From Macrostomum hystrix (Eukaryota > Animalia > Platyhelminthes), in NCBI GenBank assembly GCA_950097015.1, contig CATNEN010000003.1, positions 11,904,001 to 11,968,000 of the forward strand: a DNA stretch of 64,000 bases, in the 5' to 3' direction. Position 1 is the stretch's first letter; every line of letters begins with the position of its first letter. The notes below the pieces were generated by a model, which was not told the DNA's origin, searched no databases, and worked only from the letters and a program-made list of their open reading frames with translations. Shown piece by piece: positions 60,206 through 64,000 of the stretch. Made by a program: the position numbers and the translations under genes.

Positions 60206-63200
60206 ATGACTTCATCATCGGCTGGCACTGCGGCAGCAGCTGCGAGCAACTATGGCTGCTCAATGAACGAGCTTAAAGAGCTCATGGAATCGCGAGGATC
60301 AGAAGCTGTGACCATTTTAGCCGAGAAATACAATGGAACCATTGGGCTTTGCCAGAGGTTGAAGACGTCACCACAGAATGGTGAGTTTGTCATAGTCAAA
60401 GAAACTTATTCCTGAAACTCATTCTTATTTTAAAGAATTTAAATCTTATTTACTTGTCCAGGTATCAACCGAAATGAGCTGGAGAGCAGGCGTCAAGTTT
60501 TTGGTACAAATGTGATTCCACCAAAGCCGCCAAAAACTTTTCTACAATTGGTGTTTGAGGCTATGCAAGACTACACATTGATCATGTTGATTGTGTGTGC
60601 ACTGGTGTCATTGGCCATTTCGCTCTACCAAATGCGTAAGTCAAATACGAAAACTGCAGCTTATTCAAAGCTTGAGTATTCAGTTGCCATACTCGTACAT
60701 AAGGACACATCGTCTGTTTATTTGAGAGACTGTCTTTAAGCTAAGTTAACGTTCTTCAGTTAGACAAACTGCATTCTATATGTGTTTAGACACGCAGTCT
60801 TAAGGCGTGCCAATATTCTACTAAAGACATCGTATCATACTAGGCACATCGTATCATACTAGGCACATCGTATCATACTAGGCACATCGTATCATACTAG
60901 ACACATCGTTTTCTACTAGACACATTGTCTTCTACTAGACACGTCGTCTTCTACTAGACACATCGTCTTCTACTAGACACCTCGTCTTCTACTAGACACA
61001 TCGCCTTCTATTAAACACATCGTTTTCTACTAGACACATTGTCTTCTACTAGACACATCGTCTTCTACTAGACACATCGCCTTCTACTAGACACATCGCC
61101 TTCTACTAAACACATCGTTTTCTACTAGACACATTGTCTTCTACTAGACACGTCGTCTTCTACTAGACACATCGTCTTCTACTAGACACCTCGTCTTCTA
61201 CTAGACACATCGCCTTCTAATAAACACATCGTCTTCTACTAAACACATCGTCTTCTAATAAACACATTGTCTTCTACTAGACACATTGTCTTCTAATAAA
61301 CACATCGTCTTCTAATAAACACATCGTCTTCTAATAAACACATTGTCTTCTACTAAACACATTGTCTTCTACTAGACACATTGTCTTCTAATAAACACAT
61401 CGTCTTCTAATAAACACATCGTCTTCTACTAAACACATCGTCTTCTACTAGACACATCGTCTTCTACTAAACACATCGTTTTCTACTAAACACATCGTTT
61501 TCTACTAAACACATCGTTTTCTACTAAACACATTGTCTTCTACTAGACACATTGTCTTCTACTAAACACATCGTTTTCTACTAAACACATTGTCTTCTAC
61601 TAGACACATTGTCTTCTACTAGACACATTGTCTTCTACTAAACACATCGTTTTCTACTAAACACATTGTCTTCTACTAGACACATTGTCTTCTACTAAAC
61701 ACATCGTCTTCTACTAAACACATTGTCTTCTAATAAACTCATCGTCTTCTAATCAACACATTGTCTTCTACTAGACACATTGTCTTCTAATAAACACATC
61801 GTTTTCTACTAAACACATTGTCTTCTACTAAACACATCGTTTTCTACTAAACACATTGTCTTCTACTAGACACATTGTCTTCTACTAAACACATCGTTTT
61901 CTACTAAACACATTGTCTTCTACTAAACACATTGTCTTCTACTAGACACATTGTCTTCTACTAAACACATCGTCTTCTACTAAACACATTGTCTTCTAAT
62001 AAACTCATCGTCTTCTAATCAACACATTGTCTTCTAATAAACACATCGTCTTCTACTAAACACATCGTCTTCTAACAAACACATCGTCTTCTAATAAACA
62101 CATCGTCTTCTAATAAACACATCGTCTTCTAATAAACACATCGTCTTCTACTAAACACATCGTCTTCTAATAAACACATCGTCTTCTACTAAACACATCG
62201 TCTTCTAATAAACACATCGTCTTCTAATAAACACATCGTCTTCTAATAAACACATCGTCTTCTACTAAACACATCGTCTTCTAATAAACACATCGTCTTC
62301 TAATAAACACATCGTCTTCTACTAAACACATCGTCTTCTAATAAACACATCGTCTTCTAGAGACATGGTTTTCTGCACTAGAATACTTTGTCACCACTAT
62401 CATTATTCTCGCACTTTTTTTAAATCCGTCAGTCCGCGAAAAGAAGCCAGGAGAGCATCATGATGAAAGCGAAGAGCAGGCTGGTTACATCGAAGGCTTG
62501 GCCATCGCCGTGGCCGTCATTGTTGTCGTCCTGGTGACGGCATTCAACGACTGGAGCAAGGAGTGCCAGTTCCGCGGCCTGCAGGCCAAGCTGGAGCAGG
62601 AGCACCTGTTCGATGTGATTCGGGAAGGCGCCGTTTCCAAGGTGCTAGTTAGCGAGATCGTTGTCGGCGACATCTGCCAGGTGAAGTACGGCGACGCCCT
62701 ACCAGCCGACGGTATCATCATCCAGAGCAACGATCTCAAAGTGGACGAGAGCAGCCTGACTGGAGAGAGCGACCACGTCAAGAAGGGCGAGGACAGAGAC
62801 CCCTGCCTGCTGTCTGGTGAGAAACACCAGTTGATCTCAGTGATGTCACAACAAATCTTCGATATGCGCAGTCTTTTGGCCTAAAACTCTCTCGACTCAT
62901 TCTTTGACGATTGTTTCTTCTCTGCAGGCACTAACGTCATGGAAGGCTCGGGTCGCATGGTGGTGACAGCTGTTGGGCTAAACTCCCAGGCTGGCATCAT
63001 CTTCGGTCTTCTGGGTGCCAGCGGCGAATCTGACGAGACTGAGGAGAGCGAAAAAAATGAGAAAGATAAGAAGAAGCAGAGCGGCAATTCTTCCAAGGCA
63101 GGTAAGATACTGCGAGACATGCTAACTAATTGGCTGTCCAGTATTAAACCAAGATGCTTGGTAAAACTGAAAAATGTCACGAAGTCATTGCTTCAAAATC

Positions 63201-63437
63201 TTTTAATTGAAATCATCGACTTCATTACAAGTAGGTAAAGACGAGATCCGGGTTCTAAGTAAAATGTTAGCTAAAATCATCTAAGTTAGTCAACTTTCGA
63301 TCATTGAGAAAGTCTACCGGTTTTATATTGATAACGTTACTTGCTGTTTTCAAGATAAGCTTTGAAACCTTCAATTGAAATCCAATTTCGTGCAGGAAAA
63401 TATTCGACGTTCTCTAGAAACACCAAAGTCCATCAAG
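60206..63437 (+). CDS. PMCA: Plasma membrane Ca2+-ATPase, PMCA-2, 5' part only (continues past the window)
   Basis: Exons 60206-60380, 60462-60635, 62433-62816, 62928-63101, plus a candidate 42-nt site-A exon at 63396-63437. Intron positions and phases match PMCA-1. Motifs [35 protein letters not shown]. Confidence 0.93.
60826..62365. repeat. Minisatellite, 19-bp unit ACACATCGTCTTCTACTAG/A (~80 units), PMCA-2 intron 2
   Basis: Tandem units with a gradient of variants along the array. Confidence 0.97.
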
Positions 63438-64000
63438 GTACTCTTTAGCTTTTTTAATTAAACATTTTCTTCATATCACAGTTTAGTAATCACAACGAAC
63501 TCATATACACGAAAGAATTGGGTTTTGAATAGTCTATTTGTAAACTCAACGAAAACATCTCATTGTTGCTGTCACATTATGAGAAAATATCACTAAATCA
63601 CATTGATTAAGCATACAGTATCACGCAGTGTTTTGTTCATTCTGCATTATAGTTTCTTAGATATCTTTTGCAAAGTTCGTTTATCTTTCATTCGCCGGTG
63701 CACGAGGATGCAATAGTTTCAAGAAATCTCAATCACGATGAGCTATATATTCTAAATCTAATGACTATGAGCCGTCAGAGGCTATGGGGTGGCTTCTCTT
63801 GACCACGCCCAAACCGCTACACTCGCGCATTGATCAGTGAGTTCACATTGTCGAGCGATAGCTAGAATTACATGCGCGCGCTAGAATTACAAAGAAATCC
63901 GAAAACTTGAACTCGAGCAGCAAGATGATATACTATGCTAAAGCGCTGTCTAAATCCCAGTCGTCGACGAAGTTCACGCGCTCTCGAAATTCCCTTGGAC

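Noticed and set aside
1840-62781. Antisense and alternate-frame ORFs overlapping ACE, PMCA and transposase exons (for example 2810-3292, 44044-44523, 45272-45718, 53840-54223)
   Set aside because: They are shadows of GC-rich coding exons, with no recognisable domains.

Overview
Eukaryotic (invertebrate animal) genomic DNA, not prokaryotic. It has AT-rich introns, GT-AG splicing and many SINEs and MITEs; the overall style is compatible with a free-living flatworm, but that is a guess. There are two pairs of duplicated genes. (1) Two head-to-head, single-domain angiotensin-converting-enzyme (peptidase M2) genes with identical 6-exon structure: ACE-A on - (<1..7444) and ACE-B on + (9313..14410). 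(2) Two tandem plasma-membrane Ca2+-ATPase (P2B) genes: PMCA-1 is complete (24865..57126) with candidate site-A microexons and three alternative site-C terminal exons; PMCA-2 (60206..>63437) runs off the window. Mobile DNA includes a defective DD34D mariner with ~200-bp TIRs, a probable non-autonomous Helitron, hAT-, CACTA- and TTAA-type MITEs, and three tRNA-derived SINE families (one is a CORE-SINE). A minimal Penelope-type hammerhead ribozyme lies at 22233..22280. The most striking pattern is that almost every long intron holds its own minisatellite, mostly with 19-23 bp units and often abutting a splice site; several unrelated arrays share a GTTAGACA/TGTCT core. Both ACE paralogs also lack the Gln/Lys residues that define peptidyl-dipeptidase activity. 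All coordinates and alignments were done by eye; array boundaries are approximate.
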